Below, piece after piece: positions 1 through 9,555 of a stretch of 64,000 nucleotides of DNA. This stretch comes from a virus, in the IMG/VR virus record IMGVR_UViG_3300031957_001651, positions 27,807 to 91,806 of that record, one strand, 5' to 3'. The notes under the pieces were generated by a model. It saw only the letters and a list, made by a program, of their open reading frames with translations. It did no database searches and was not told the DNA's origin. Each line of letters opens with the position of its first letter. The first letter of the stretch is position 1. The translations under genes were made by a program, and so were the position numbers.

Positions 1-1
1 A

Positions 2-2050
2 AAACCTTTTGAAGTCAATCAGGATAACGTCAAGTATTTTCACTGCAGTACAGAACGTGGAGTTCTGCAGACTTTCTTGGACTGGTGGGAGGCAAATCCT
101 CCCGAAGTTATCACTGGATGGAATGTTCAGTTGTATGATATTCCATATATCTGTGGACGACTGGATCGTGTTCTGGGTGAGAAACAGATGAAACGTTTTT
201 CACCTTGGGGTCTTGTAACTCGCAATGAGTTAAAGATTATGGGACGTGATCAGATCTCTTATGATGTTGGTGGTATTTCTCAACTAGATTACCTTGATCT
301 TTATAAGAAGTTCACTTATAAAGCACAGGAATCTTATCGTCTAGATCATATTGCCAATGTAGAACTTGGGCAGAAGAAACTTGATCACTCCGAGTTTGAT
401 ACCTTCAAAGATTTCTATACTGGAAACTGGCAAAAGTTTGTCGAATATAATATCATTGACGTTGAACTTGTTGACCGACTGGAAAGCAAGATGAAACTTA
501 TCGAACTTGCAATCACTATGGCATACGAAGCCAAGGTAAATTATAATGATGTGTTTTACCAAGTACGCACTTGGGATGCTATCATTTATAACTACCTAAA
601 GAGAAGGAATATTGTTATTCCTCCAAAGGTTGGTGGTAGTAAAAGTGAAAAGTATGCTGGTGCTTATGTTAAAGAACCGATTCCTGGAAAGTATGATTGG
701 GTTGTGTCTTTTGACCTCAACTCTCTTTATCCTCATCTCATTATGCAGTACAACATCTCTCCCGAGACGTTACTCGACGAAAAACATCCAACGGTTAACG
801 TTGATCGAATTCTTAATGAAGAGATAACATTTGAACTATATAAAGATAACGCGGTCTGTGCAAACGGTGCGATGTACCGTAAAGATGTTCGTGGGTTCTT
901 GCCAGAACTCATGGAGAAGATGTATGGAGACCGTGTGATCTTTAAGAAAAAGATGCTCAAGGCAAAGCAGGAATATGAAAAGACTCCAACTAAAGCACTT
1001 GAAAAAGAGATTGCCAGGTGCAACAACATTCAAATGGCTAAGAAGATCTCTCTTAATAGTGCTTATGGTGCTATCGGCAATCAGTATTTCCGATATTACA
1101 AGCTCGCAAACGCAGAGGCAATCACTCTGTCGGGACAAGTAAGTATCCGATGGATTGAGAACAAGATGAACCAATACCTAAATAATCTCTTGTCAACCAA
1201 AGATGAGGATTATGTTATCGCATCTGACACTGACTCAATCTATCTTAATATGGGACCTCTTGTTAGTAAATTTTTTGCTAATAAGTCTGGCAATAAAACA
1301 GCAATTGTTTCCATACTTGACAAGATCTGCCAAGAAAAACTGGAACCGTACATCGATTCCTGTTACCAGAACCTTGCGAACTATGTCTCGGCATATGACC
1401 AGAAGATGCAAATGAAACGTGAGAATATTGCAGATCGTGGCATTTGGACTGCCAAGAAACGTTATATTCTCAACGTCTGGGATAGTGAGGGTGTTCGTTA
1501 TGAAGAACCCAAACTTAAGATTATGGGCATTGAGGCTGTCAAGTCATCTACACCAGCACCATGCCGTAAGATGATTAAGGATGGACTTAAACTTATGATG
1601 ACGGGGACTGAAGATGATGTAATTAAATTTATTGATAGGTCTAGGGAAGAATTTAAAAGGATGAGTCCAGAACAGATTGCTTTTCCACGATCAGTTTCTG
1701 ATGTTCAGAAGTATAAATCACACTCAGCAATTTACTCTAAAGGAACACCGATTCATGTAAGAGGATCTCTTCTCTTTAACTATTATATCAAGAAGAATAA
1801 ACTTGATCATAAGTATTCCTTAATTAATAATGGTGAAAAGATTAAGTTTTTGTATCTGAAAAAACCAAATACAATCCATGAGAATGTAATTTCCTTTATT
1901 CAGGATTTTCCTCATGAACTTGGAATTGACAAATACATAGACTATGACTTACAATTTGAAAAGGCGTTCTTAGAACCACTAAAGACTGTTCTTGATTCTA
2001 TTGGGTGGTCTATTGAAAAGACAGTAAATTTGGAGTTATTTTTTGTATGA
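2..2050 (+). CDS. gp43: Family B DNA polymerase (T4 gp43-like), 5'-truncated by window edge
   Basis: Motifs SFDLNSLYP, KISLNSAYG, ASDTDS, KKRY and exonuclease YNIIDV. The frame is open from position 2. Confidence 0.98.
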   Translation, partial: KPFEVNQDNVKYFHCSTERGVLQTFLDWWEANPPEVITGWNVQLYDIPYICGRLDRVLGEKQMKRFSPWGLVTRNELKIMGRDQISYDVGGISQLDYLDLYKKFTYKAQESYRLDHIANVELGQKKLDHSEFDTFKDFYTGNWQKFVEYNIIDVELVDRLESKMKLIELAITMAYEAKVNYNDVFYQVRTWDAIIYNYLKRRNIVIPPKVGGSKSEKYAGAYVKEPIPGKYDWVVSFDLNSLYPHLIMQYNISPETLLDEKHPTVNVDRILNEEITFELYKDNAVCANGAMYRKDVRGFLPELMEKMYGDRVIFKKKMLKAKQEYEKTPTKALEKEIARCNNIQMAKKISLNSAYGAIGNQYFRYYKLANAEAITLSGQVSIRWIENKMNQYLNNLLSTKDEDYVIASDTDSIYLNMGPLVSKFFANKSGNKTAIVSILDKICQEKLEPYIDSCYQNLANYVSAYDQKMQMKRENIADRGIWTAKKRYILNVWDSEGVRYEEPKLKIMGIEAVKSSTPAPCRKMIKDGLKLMMTGTEDDVIKFIDRSREEFKRMSPEQIAFPRSVSDVQKYKSHSAIYSKGTPIHVRGSLLFNYYIKKNKLDHKYSLINNGEKIKFLYLKKPNTIHENVISFIQDFPHELGIDKYIDYDLQFEKAFLEPLKTVLDSIGWSIEKTVNLELFFV

Positions 2051-2244
2051 AAGACCAATATACCATTGGTGACGAAGAATCTAAACGAGATAAATGGAAT
2101 CGAGGATTAGATCTCTTTATTGAGTCCGTCCTTAAACCAGATCCAGCATTAAGACAATGTGCTCACAATCAAAAGTGTTATCATGAACTGATGGATGTTC
2201 GTAATGATATTCTTGACTATTTAAAAACAAAACGTTGGCAATGA
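2047..2244 (+). CDS. Hypothetical protein (65 aa)
   Basis: ATGA overlap with gp43 stop; packed ORF. Confidence 0.75.
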   Translation: MKDQYTIGDEESKRDKWNRGLDLFIESVLKPDPALRQCAHNQKCYHELMDVRNDILDYLKTKRWQ

Positions 2245-2984
2245 AATTATCTGTAAAATTACATCAACCATTCGGTCCATATATTATGGAGACTGCTCTA
2301 CCAAAATTTATGGTAGATGCGATTAATCAAAAAACTGAAGATGTTTGTGCAGATCCCGAAGAGATGGAAAGGTATTGTTCTTCATCTGGAAGCATTCCAA
2401 ATCTTCTTCTTAGGGATTTTGAAGTAGTTTATTTTACTGAGGACTTTCTTGAGGAAATTGGGTTTAGACAATTTGTGGAAGAACTTGGAAATTATTATAT
2501 TGAAAACTCAGTAACTAATAATATAAACTATGATCAGGTAAAACTATCAATTATTGATGGAGGGAAGAATAGAGATCCATCTTTTAAGCACTCAGATAAA
2601 CTTCGGTATTCCGATGCTTGGGTGAATAGGTATTATGCTGGTGATTTCACTCCACTCCACGATCATGGATCAGATCTTGCTGGTCTTGTTTTCTTAAAAA
2701 TCCCACGCAATTTAGAAACCGAACAGATGAGAGATCGTGATAGTGATGGGGAAGCCTATAAATCAGGTGGTCGAAATAATGGAAGAGTTCAATTTGTTTT
2801 TGGTTGCAACAATACTTTTTCTCATGATGAGTATGCTCCATCTCAAGAAGTTGGCAAACTTCTTTTGTTTCCATCATGGTTGGGTCATTTAGTTTATCCG
2901 ATGAGAACAAATGAAGAGAGGAGAACTATGAGTTTTAATCTTGTATCGTCTAAAGAGTATTATGAAAGAGAGGCACTGGACTAA
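2241..2984 (+). CDS. Putative 2OG-Fe(II) oxygenase (TIGR02466-like)
   Basis: WVN..PLHDH, LLLFPSWLGHLVYP, RRTMSFN (HxD/H..H..R pattern). Confidence 0.85.
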   Translation: MKLSVKLHQPFGPYIMETALPKFMVDAINQKTEDVCADPEEMERYCSSSGSIPNLLLRDFEVVYFTEDFLEEIGFRQFVEELGNYYIENSVTNNINYDQVKLSIIDGGKNRDPSFKHSDKLRYSDAWVNRYYAGDFTPLHDHGSDLAGLVFLKIPRNLETEQMRDRDSDGEAYKSGGRNNGRVQFVFGCNNTFSHDEYAPSQEVGKLLLFPSWLGHLVYPMRTNEERRTMSFNLVSSKEYYEREALD

Positions 2985-3988
2985 TGGATTTTTTAAAAGA
3001 TATTGTCAAAGAGATTGGCAATGAATACGCACAAATTGCATCGGATATAGATGAAACAGAAACTTACGTGGACACAGGTTCGTACATCTTTAACGGAGTT
3101 GTTTCAGGTAGTATATTTGGTGGTGTATCTGGGAATAAGATTACTGCCATTGCTGGCGAGTCTAGTACTGGAAAAACTTTTTTCAGTCTCGCCGTTGTCA
3201 AAAACTTCCTGGATACTAATCCTGACGGTATGTGTATATATTTTGACACTGAAGCCGCTGTTAACAAGTCTCTACTCTCAAGTCGTGGGGTAGATCTTCA
3301 ACGTACTGTTGTGATGAATGTTGTCACTATTGAGGAGTTTCGTAGTAAGGCACTCAAGATTGTTGATCGATACCTAAAAGATCCTGTAGAAGACCGCAAA
3401 CCACTGATGTTTGTGTTAGACTCTTTAGGGATGCTATCGACTGAGAAGGAGATTACAGACGCACTGAACGATAAGCAGGTTCGTGATATGACGAAATCTC
3501 AACTTATCAAAGGTGCTTTCCGTATGCTTACACTCAAGTTGGGTCAAGCAAACATTCCAATGATCGTTACCAACCACACTTATGATGTCATCGGTGCTTA
3601 TGTTCCAACTAAAGAAATGGGAGGAGGTAGTGGACTCAAGTATGCTGCTTCTACAATCATCCATCTCAGTAAAAAGAAGGAAAAGGATGGAACAGAAGTT
3701 ATTGGAAACCTTATCAAGGCAAAGACTGCTAAGTCACGTTTAAGTAAGGAGAATAAAGATGTTACGGTGCGTTTGTATTACGATGAGCGTGGTCTTGATC
3801 GATATTATGGTCTTCTTGAACTCGGTGAGATTGGCGGACTTTGGAAAAATGTAGCAGGTCGTTATGAAATGGATGGTAAGAAAGTCTATGCAAAGGCAAT
3901 TTACAAAGATCCAGAGACTTATTTCACTCCAGAAGTAATGGAGAAACTTGACAAGGTGGCAAAAAAAGAGTTTAGTTATGGAAACTGA
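2984..3988 (+). CDS. uvsX: RecA-like recombinase UvsX
   Basis: Walker A GESSTGKT, FVLDSLG, MGGGSGLKY; T4 synteny. Confidence 0.96.
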   Translation: MDFLKDIVKEIGNEYAQIASDIDETETYVDTGSYIFNGVVSGSIFGGVSGNKITAIAGESSTGKTFFSLAVVKNFLDTNPDGMCIYFDTEAAVNKSLLSSRGVDLQRTVVMNVVTIEEFRSKALKIVDRYLKDPVEDRKPLMFVLDSLGMLSTEKEITDALNDKQVRDMTKSQLIKGAFRMLTLKLGQANIPMIVTNHTYDVIGAYVPTKEMGGGSGLKYAASTIIHLSKKKEKDGTEVIGNLIKAKTAKSRLSKENKDVTVRLYYDERGLDRYYGLLELGEIGGLWKNVAGRYEMDGKKVYAKAIYKDPETYFTPEVMEKLDKVAKKEFSYGN

Positions 3989-4721
3989 GAATAAATCTGG
4001 GGAGGACAGGTCAGTTGAAGTTTTTCCTGGAATGCATGGATTATTTGCAAGTCCAGTTCTCACTTTAAATTTCACTGAATCTGTTCATGGTATGAATGAA
4101 CAATTGGTTTCTGATATTGCATCTGAATGTGAGAAAGATTCAAAAGGAATTGTTCAAAGTAACTTTGGTGGATGGCATAGTAAATATGGGATGGAGAAAG
4201 ATTATCAAAGTTTTCTCAGTCTTAGAAGTATTGTCACAGGATTTGCAAATAGTTATTGTGATAACTGTGGATGGGCAAAAGGATTGGAGTGCTCAGATTT
4301 GTGGGCAAACATTAATGGACCTGGTGATATTAACTTTCCTCACCAACACAATCTTTCTTCTCTCTCCGCAATATATTATCCAATAGGATGGTTAGATGGT
4401 GAAGAGACTTTCTATAATTATCACGAAGAAACTGTCTGGTTACAACCACAAACCTGTAATGGTGTTGACGGAGGATCACTTACATTCTATGATCCTAATC
4501 ATGGGAAAAGAATCCATCTAGATCCAGTGAGAGACGAATGGCATACGGTAAGTGCTATGCACATATACCCAACTGCTGGTTTACTTATTTTATTTCCGAC
4601 TTACCTAGTCCACTCTGTGAATCCTTTTAAGGAACCAAACCGCAAACGTATTAGCATATCATTTCAATTTAGTTATGGACAAGGTAGAAATTCTGATTCT
4701 GAAGAATCTATTGAACAATGA
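3978..4721 (+). CDS. Putative 2OG-Fe(II) oxygenase (TIGR02466-like)
   Basis: SNFGGWHS, WANIN, FPHQH, LILFPTYLVHSV, RISISF. Confidence 0.85.
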   Translation: METENKSGEDRSVEVFPGMHGLFASPVLTLNFTESVHGMNEQLVSDIASECEKDSKGIVQSNFGGWHSKYGMEKDYQSFLSLRSIVTGFANSYCDNCGWAKGLECSDLWANINGPGDINFPHQHNLSSLSAIYYPIGWLDGEETFYNYHEETVWLQPQTCNGVDGGSLTFYDPNHGKRIHLDPVRDEWHTVSAMHIYPTAGLLILFPTYLVHSVNPFKEPNRKRISISFQFSYGQGRNSDSEESIEQ

Positions 4722-6051
4722 AGAGTATGCAAGAAAAGTTATTCCTTTTTTGAAGAGGGAATATTTTGAAGAATCTTCTGAGCAAATTGTATATGAAGAG
4801 ATTTCAAAATTTATTAATGAGTATAATAAACTTGCTAGTAAAGAAATTCTTTGTATTGAAATTGAAAATCGAAAGGATGTTACTGACTCATCATTCAAAG
4901 ATATTATTAGTCTTGTTCAATCACTTGAAGATTCATCAAGTGAATTTGAGTGGTTGATTAATACTACTGAGAAGTGGTGTCGTGATCGTGCCATTTATTT
5001 GGCACTTATGGAATCTATTCATATTGCAGATGGTAATGATGAGAAACAGAACCGTGATGCAATTCCTTCTATTCTTTCTAATGCACTTGGTGTAAGTTTT
5101 GATAATCATGTGGGTCATGATTATCTTCAAGACTATGAAGAACGATTTGAGTCATATAATCGGAAAGAAGATAAAATTCCATTTGATCTTGAGTACTTTG
5201 ATAAAATTACAAAAGGTGGTCTTCCCAATAAGACTCTTAATATTGCACTAGCAGGAACAGGTGTCGGTAAGTCTCTGTTCATGTGTCATATGGCTAGTTC
5301 AGTTTTGCTTGGTGGACGTAATGTTCTTTACATTACAATGGAGATGGCAGAGGAGAAGATTGCTGAACGTATTGATGCAAACCTTCTGAACGTACCAATT
5401 CAGGAGATAAGTAATCTTCCTAAAGTTATGTTTGAGGATAAGGTGACAAAACTTGCACAAAAAACACAAGGTCAGCTTATAATTAAAGAATATCCAACTG
5501 CGAGCGCACATAGTGGACATTTCAGAGCACTTCTTAATGAGCTTGCACTTAAGAAGTCATTTAGACCTGATATTATTTTCATTGATTACCTTAATATATG
5601 TGCTTCCAGCAGATATCGCCAGGGTGGCTCTATCAATTCATATTCATATATTAAGTCTATTGCAGAAGAGCTTAGAGGGTTGGCTTGCGAAGCCTCGGTC
5701 CCTATCGTATCTGCCACCCAGACCACTCGTTCTGGTTATGGTAGCTCTGACGTTGACCTTACTGACACTAGTGAGTCCTTTGGTCTCCCTGCTACTGCTG
5801 ATCTTATGTTTGCCCTTATTAGCACTGAGGAACTTGAGCAACTTGGACAGATAATGGTAAAGCAGTTGAAAAATAGATATAACGACGGAAATGTCAATAA
5901 GAGATTTGTAGTTGGTATTGATCGTGCCAAGATGCGTTTATATGATTGTGAGCAATCTGCTCAGAACGATATTCTTGACAGTGGGCAGGATGAGGAGTAT
6001 AATAACGAAGATAGACCTAAAAAATCATTTGAGGGATTTAAATTTTCATGA
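4675..6051 (+). CDS. gp41: DnaB-like replicative helicase (T4 gp41)
   Basis: AGTGVGKS, IFIDYLNI, SATQTTR, QLKNRY. Confidence 0.97.
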   Translation: MDKVEILILKNLLNNEEYARKVIPFLKREYFEESSEQIVYEEISKFINEYNKLASKEILCIEIENRKDVTDSSFKDIISLVQSLEDSSSEFEWLINTTEKWCRDRAIYLALMESIHIADGNDEKQNRDAIPSILSNALGVSFDNHVGHDYLQDYEERFESYNRKEDKIPFDLEYFDKITKGGLPNKTLNIALAGTGVGKSLFMCHMASSVLLGGRNVLYITMEMAEEKIAERIDANLLNVPIQEISNLPKVMFEDKVTKLAQKTQGQLIIKEYPTASAHSGHFRALLNELALKKSFRPDIIFIDYLNICASSRYRQGGSINSYSYIKSIAEELRGLACEASVPIVSATQTTRSGYGSSDVDLTDTSESFGLPATADLMFALISTEELEQLGQIMVKQLKNRYNDGNVNKRFVVGIDRAKMRLYDCEQSAQNDILDSGQDEEYNNEDRPKKSFEGFKFS

Positions 6052-6452
6052 CCGTAAACACTGATGCATATCTTGAGTTTGTGAATGCTGTCACATCTCA
6101 ACCAAGTAAAGATGCTGATGCCTTTGAGTATCGTATTCAAGAACTTCGTGGAGAAGGATTTGAAACACATCGTCTCCTCACTGCTGCTGTAGGAATGTCT
6201 GCAGAAGCAGGTGAATTCACTGAGGTAGTAAAGAAGATTATCTTTCAAGGTAAACCAGTAAACGAAGAGAACATGTTTCACCTAAAACGTGAACTCGGTG
6301 ACATCATGTGGTATGTCGCACAAGCATGTATGGGTCTCAATGTTTCTCTTGATGAAGTCATTGAGATGAACGTGGACAAACTCAAGGCACGTTATCCTGG
6401 TGGAGATTTTGATGTCCACTATTCCGAGAATCGTCAGGAAGGAGATGTTTGA
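6048..6452 (+). CDS. mazG: MazG-family nucleoside triphosphate pyrophosphohydrolase
   Basis: EAGEFTEVVKK, ELGDIMWY, NVDKLKARYP. Confidence 0.93.
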   Translation: MTVNTDAYLEFVNAVTSQPSKDADAFEYRIQELRGEGFETHRLLTAAVGMSAEAGEFTEVVKKIIFQGKPVNEENMFHLKRELGDIMWYVAQACMGLNVSLDEVIEMNVDKLKARYPGGDFDVHYSENRQEGDV

Positions 6453-6987
6453 GGTTTATGATGATTTTTTAAATTCGAGAGATTCTTCTGCTATAGAAGA
6501 TGCTCTTGAATCTAGTGAGTTTCCTTGGTACTGGAATCCATGCATTGTTCATGATGAAGAATTAAAAACATTTGGTCAATTTACACATACACTTTATAAA
6601 CAAAATCGTGGTATAATCAGTGAATGGCATAATACCTTTACTGGTTCTGTTATGAATGGAATAAAGAATCTTTATCCAGACAAAAATATCATGCTCATTA
6701 GATCAAAAATGAATCTAAATTTGATGCGAGATATTAATGAACCTATCGGCATATATCATACTGATCATACTTTTCCTGGTTCAATACATAGAACAGCAAT
6801 ATATTATTGCAACACTAATAATGGATTCACTAAATTTGAAACTGGAAAACAATTTGATAGTGAATTTAATCGTCTAGTTATTTTCGATGGTAAAATTAAA
6901 CATAGAGGATATTCTTGTACGGACCAACAAACAAGAGTTGTTTTAAATATTAACTATCTTTTAATGGAGTATGATACCTATGACTAA
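6445..6987 (+). CDS. Putative 2OG-Fe(II) oxygenase
   Basis: FPWY, YHTDH, TAIYY, NRLVIFDG..HRG, RVVLNINY. Confidence 0.82.
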   Translation: MFEVYDDFLNSRDSSAIEDALESSEFPWYWNPCIVHDEELKTFGQFTHTLYKQNRGIISEWHNTFTGSVMNGIKNLYPDKNIMLIRSKMNLNLMRDINEPIGIYHTDHTFPGSIHRTAIYYCNTNNGFTKFETGKQFDSEFNRLVIFDGKIKHRGYSCTDQQTRVVLNINYLLMEYDTYD

Positions 6988-7126
6988 AAAGGAAAAGAAG
7001 AATAGTAAAGGTGATACCTTTGAATGGGAAGAAACTCCCGAACTTAAAGAAGCACTTAAAAAACTTGATACTAATAATATTAGTGAGTTAGAAGCAACAG
7101 CACCTGATTATGGAGTAGGAAAATGA
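6980..7126 (+). CDS. Small hypothetical protein (48 aa, MTKKEKKNSKGDTFEWEE...)
   Basis: Read from sequence; fills the gap and overlaps both neighbours. Confidence 0.65.
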   Translation: MTKKEKKNSKGDTFEWEETPELKEALKKLDTNNISELEATAPDYGVGK

Positions 7127-7353
7127 AACTATTAACACTTGATGATTACCAAAGGGCAGGAGAAACATTCTGGCCAAAGTATTGGTACGTTGCCAAAGAA
7201 CTTGGTGAAGGTGCTAAGACAGAAGATATTCTTAAATGTATGGAAGCAGTTGGTGGTATTGCACTGAAGGCAGCACTAGAAGAAAAGGCAGCAGGTCCAT
7301 TTGGATTTAACAAAGTAAAAGAGGGTTCAGATGATTCTTCAGAATCTGAATGA
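7123..7353 (+). CDS. Hypothetical protein
   Basis: RBS GGAG/AGGA; ATGA overlap. Confidence 0.75.
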   Translation: MKLLTLDDYQRAGETFWPKYWYVAKELGEGAKTEDILKCMEAVGGIALKAALEEKAAGPFGFNKVKEGSDDSSESE

Positions 7354-7360
7354 CTAAATA
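7354..7360 (+). promoter_or_regulatory. T4-type late promoter variant (CTAAATA)
   Basis: Intergenic, about 20 nt before the 7382 ATG. Confidence 0.6.
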
Positions 7361-7381
7361 TTAGAAAGTATCTAAATTAAT

Positions 7382-8095
7382 ATGGACAGCAAGACTTTCA
7401 ACTCTCTTTCTGAAGCATATTCTGCAGTTTATTCTGATAACGTAGAAGAAACTTATACAGTCACTGCTGCTGATAAGAAAGGTAATACCAAAGCATATCA
7501 GAATTATAAGGCAGGAATGAAAAAGAAGGACGGTAGTCCTATGTACAAGTCTGCTGACCATATGGATGAGGAAAAGAAAGAACTTCCCAAGAATAAGATG
7601 TTCCGTAAGGCAGGAAACTTAGGACGTGATGTTGTAAGTCCTTCTGTGACTGATGACCAACGTCAGAAAGCATATGATCGTTCTAAGAAGATCATTAAGA
7701 CTTTGAACAAAGCAAATGAAGAACTTGAGACTGTAGATGAAGCCGAGCAGAGAGTGAAGGCAAAGGCCGATAAAAAGATGAAGGTCTATGGTGGTCCTGC
7801 ATACATCAAGAAACCTGATGTGAAGAAAGAAGAACTTGAAGCAACTGGTCTCTTTACAGAAGAGGAGATTAATGCTATCCTAGAATCTGACGAGCAGTTT
7901 GACGAAGCAATGAGTTCTTATGACCGCAATCGCAAGAGAGCAGCACAGAGAGCAGCAGACAGAAATGCAGCAAGAGCAGCAGGTAAAACTGGTGTAGTTC
8001 CTGGTGTTGGGTATGTAACTCCTAGAAAAGAAAGAGAGACTTATACTGACGAGAAGGGAACAACCCGTCATAAGTCAGGAGCAAAGATGCCCTGA
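7382..8095 (+). CDS. Charged modular protein, probable internal head protein
   Basis: Late promoter; K/E-rich; repeated [VMLF]-x-E-[EA] sites. Confidence 0.6.
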   Translation: MDSKTFNSLSEAYSAVYSDNVEETYTVTAADKKGNTKAYQNYKAGMKKKDGSPMYKSADHMDEEKKELPKNKMFRKAGNLGRDVVSPSVTDDQRQKAYDRSKKIIKTLNKANEELETVDEAEQRVKAKADKKMKVYGGPAYIKKPDVKKEELEATGLFTEEEINAILESDEQFDEAMSSYDRNRKRAAQRAADRNAARAAGKTGVVPGVGYVTPRKERETYTDEKGTTRHKSGAKMP

Positions 8096-8103
8096 GCATC
8101 TTT

Positions 8104-8176
8104 GGGGAATTAACTCAGTTGGTAGAGTGCAACCTTTGCAAGGTTGAAGTCAGGAGTTCGAGTCTCCTATTCTCCA
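8104..8176 (+). tRNA. tRNA-Ala(UGC)
   Basis: Cloverleaf; acceptor GGGGAAT/ATTCTCC with G3:U70; anticodon loop TTTGCAA; GTTCGAG T-loop. Confidence 0.95.
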
Positions 8177-8194
8177 TAAATAAAAATAAAAAAA

Positions 8195-9529
8195 ATGGCA
8201 ACTGTCGCAGAAACATTACTTGCCCTTAATGAGATTCTTCAGGATTATGATACTGAAGTGAAGAGTGCTGGAACTAGAGTTACAACTCTTCATGTTCGCA
8301 CTAAAGAAAGGTCAGAAGCAAGGGAAGAAATTAAAGCAGCATTTGCTAAGAAAAATATAAAGGTCGAACAAACCAAAGTTCCTGGATCTACTTTTGAAGG
8401 TCTAAAGGTATCTGAGAGTTCTTCCACATATTTAAATATTGTATTCAAACCAAAAGCAGGTGGTGGATCTGGTGCTGGTGCAGCTGTTACTAAGATGGCA
8501 GAATCTGCACAAGCAGTTTATGCCGCAGTAGCATTTGGTCTTGGTAGAGAGATAACTCACTCAGATATTACTCCAGATAATGTCAATGCAAATAAAGATA
8601 AGTTTGATGTTGATGAGAATGTTGAAAAGATATTGAATGAACTTCCTGATGATTGGATCGAGTCATCAGTTCTTGGTGCTAATGAATTGTGGAATAAATT
8701 TAAAGGAATAAAATCAGGAATAAAATTTCATAGAGGTTCAAAGACTGTAGATCATATTGAAAATCAATTTAAGAGAATTAAAAAGATTGAAGGGATTAGA
8801 GTTGATATTAATAAGTGGTCTCCAGCAGACATTTATGTGACTACTCCAGGATATAATCCTAAGTGTTTGGAAGATGAGAAATCAATTAAAGGGTTGAATC
8901 AATGTATGAATGAAAGAATCAATCCAACCAATCCAAAGATGTTTGGAGTTTCTCTTAAAAAGATGTCTAGAACTTCTAATCTAAAGATTCTTAATTATGA
9001 TAAAAAAGATTCTCTGGAGAAAGAGTTTACCAACTTCACCATGAACTATGATAGTATTGACACGTATTTGAATTTTAGTGATGGAACAAAGATTCAGTTT
9101 AGATCTTTTGGTGGTGCTACTGCATTAACTGGATGGCAAGGTGAAGTGAAAGGTCAGAAGGCAAATCAAGGAAAAATATCTTTGGGACCAGTTAACCTTC
9201 TCCTCAAGATGCACGGTGTTCCTCAGATAGACACTACATATGCTAGAAAGATAAAGTCAAATCCAGCAGATATCATAAAATATGTTACTGATGGTTTAGA
9301 TAAATATGCAACAGGATACACAGTTCAAAAGTTTGCTAAATTGCAATTAGATAAGACTAAGAAAAACCAATTTGATTCTTGGTTATATTCAAAGGTCCAT
9401 TGTATTGCGATTATAGATGCTATCAATGGTATAAAAAATTCTGAAAAACAGAAGCAAGTTTGTGAGGATTTTTACCTCTATGCCAATTCTAGATCATCAT
9501 TGTCATCTCCGTACTGGAAATTAGAATAA
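8195..9529 (+). CDS. Hypothetical protein, possible PD-(D/E)xK-type endonuclease
   Basis: E..KWSPADIY..GVSLKK spacing; late promoter CATAAATA at 8175. Confidence 0.5.
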   Translation: MATVAETLLALNEILQDYDTEVKSAGTRVTTLHVRTKERSEAREEIKAAFAKKNIKVEQTKVPGSTFEGLKVSESSSTYLNIVFKPKAGGGSGAGAAVTKMAESAQAVYAAVAFGLGREITHSDITPDNVNANKDKFDVDENVEKILNELPDDWIESSVLGANELWNKFKGIKSGIKFHRGSKTVDHIENQFKRIKKIEGIRVDINKWSPADIYVTTPGYNPKCLEDEKSIKGLNQCMNERINPTNPKMFGVSLKKMSRTSNLKILNYDKKDSLEKEFTNFTMNYDSIDTYLNFSDGTKIQFRSFGGATALTGWQGEVKGQKANQGKISLGPVNLLLKMHGVPQIDTTYARKIKSNPADIIKYVTDGLDKYATGYTVQKFAKLQLDKTKKNQFDSWLYSKVHCIAIIDAINGIKNSEKQKQVCEDFYLYANSRSSLSSPYWKLE

Positions 9530-9532
9530 ATA
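9525..9532 (+). promoter_or_regulatory. Late promoter (AATAAATA)
   Basis: NATAAATA consensus upstream of 9556. Confidence 0.65.
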
Positions 9533-9555
9533 ATACATAAGGACTAATAACATAA

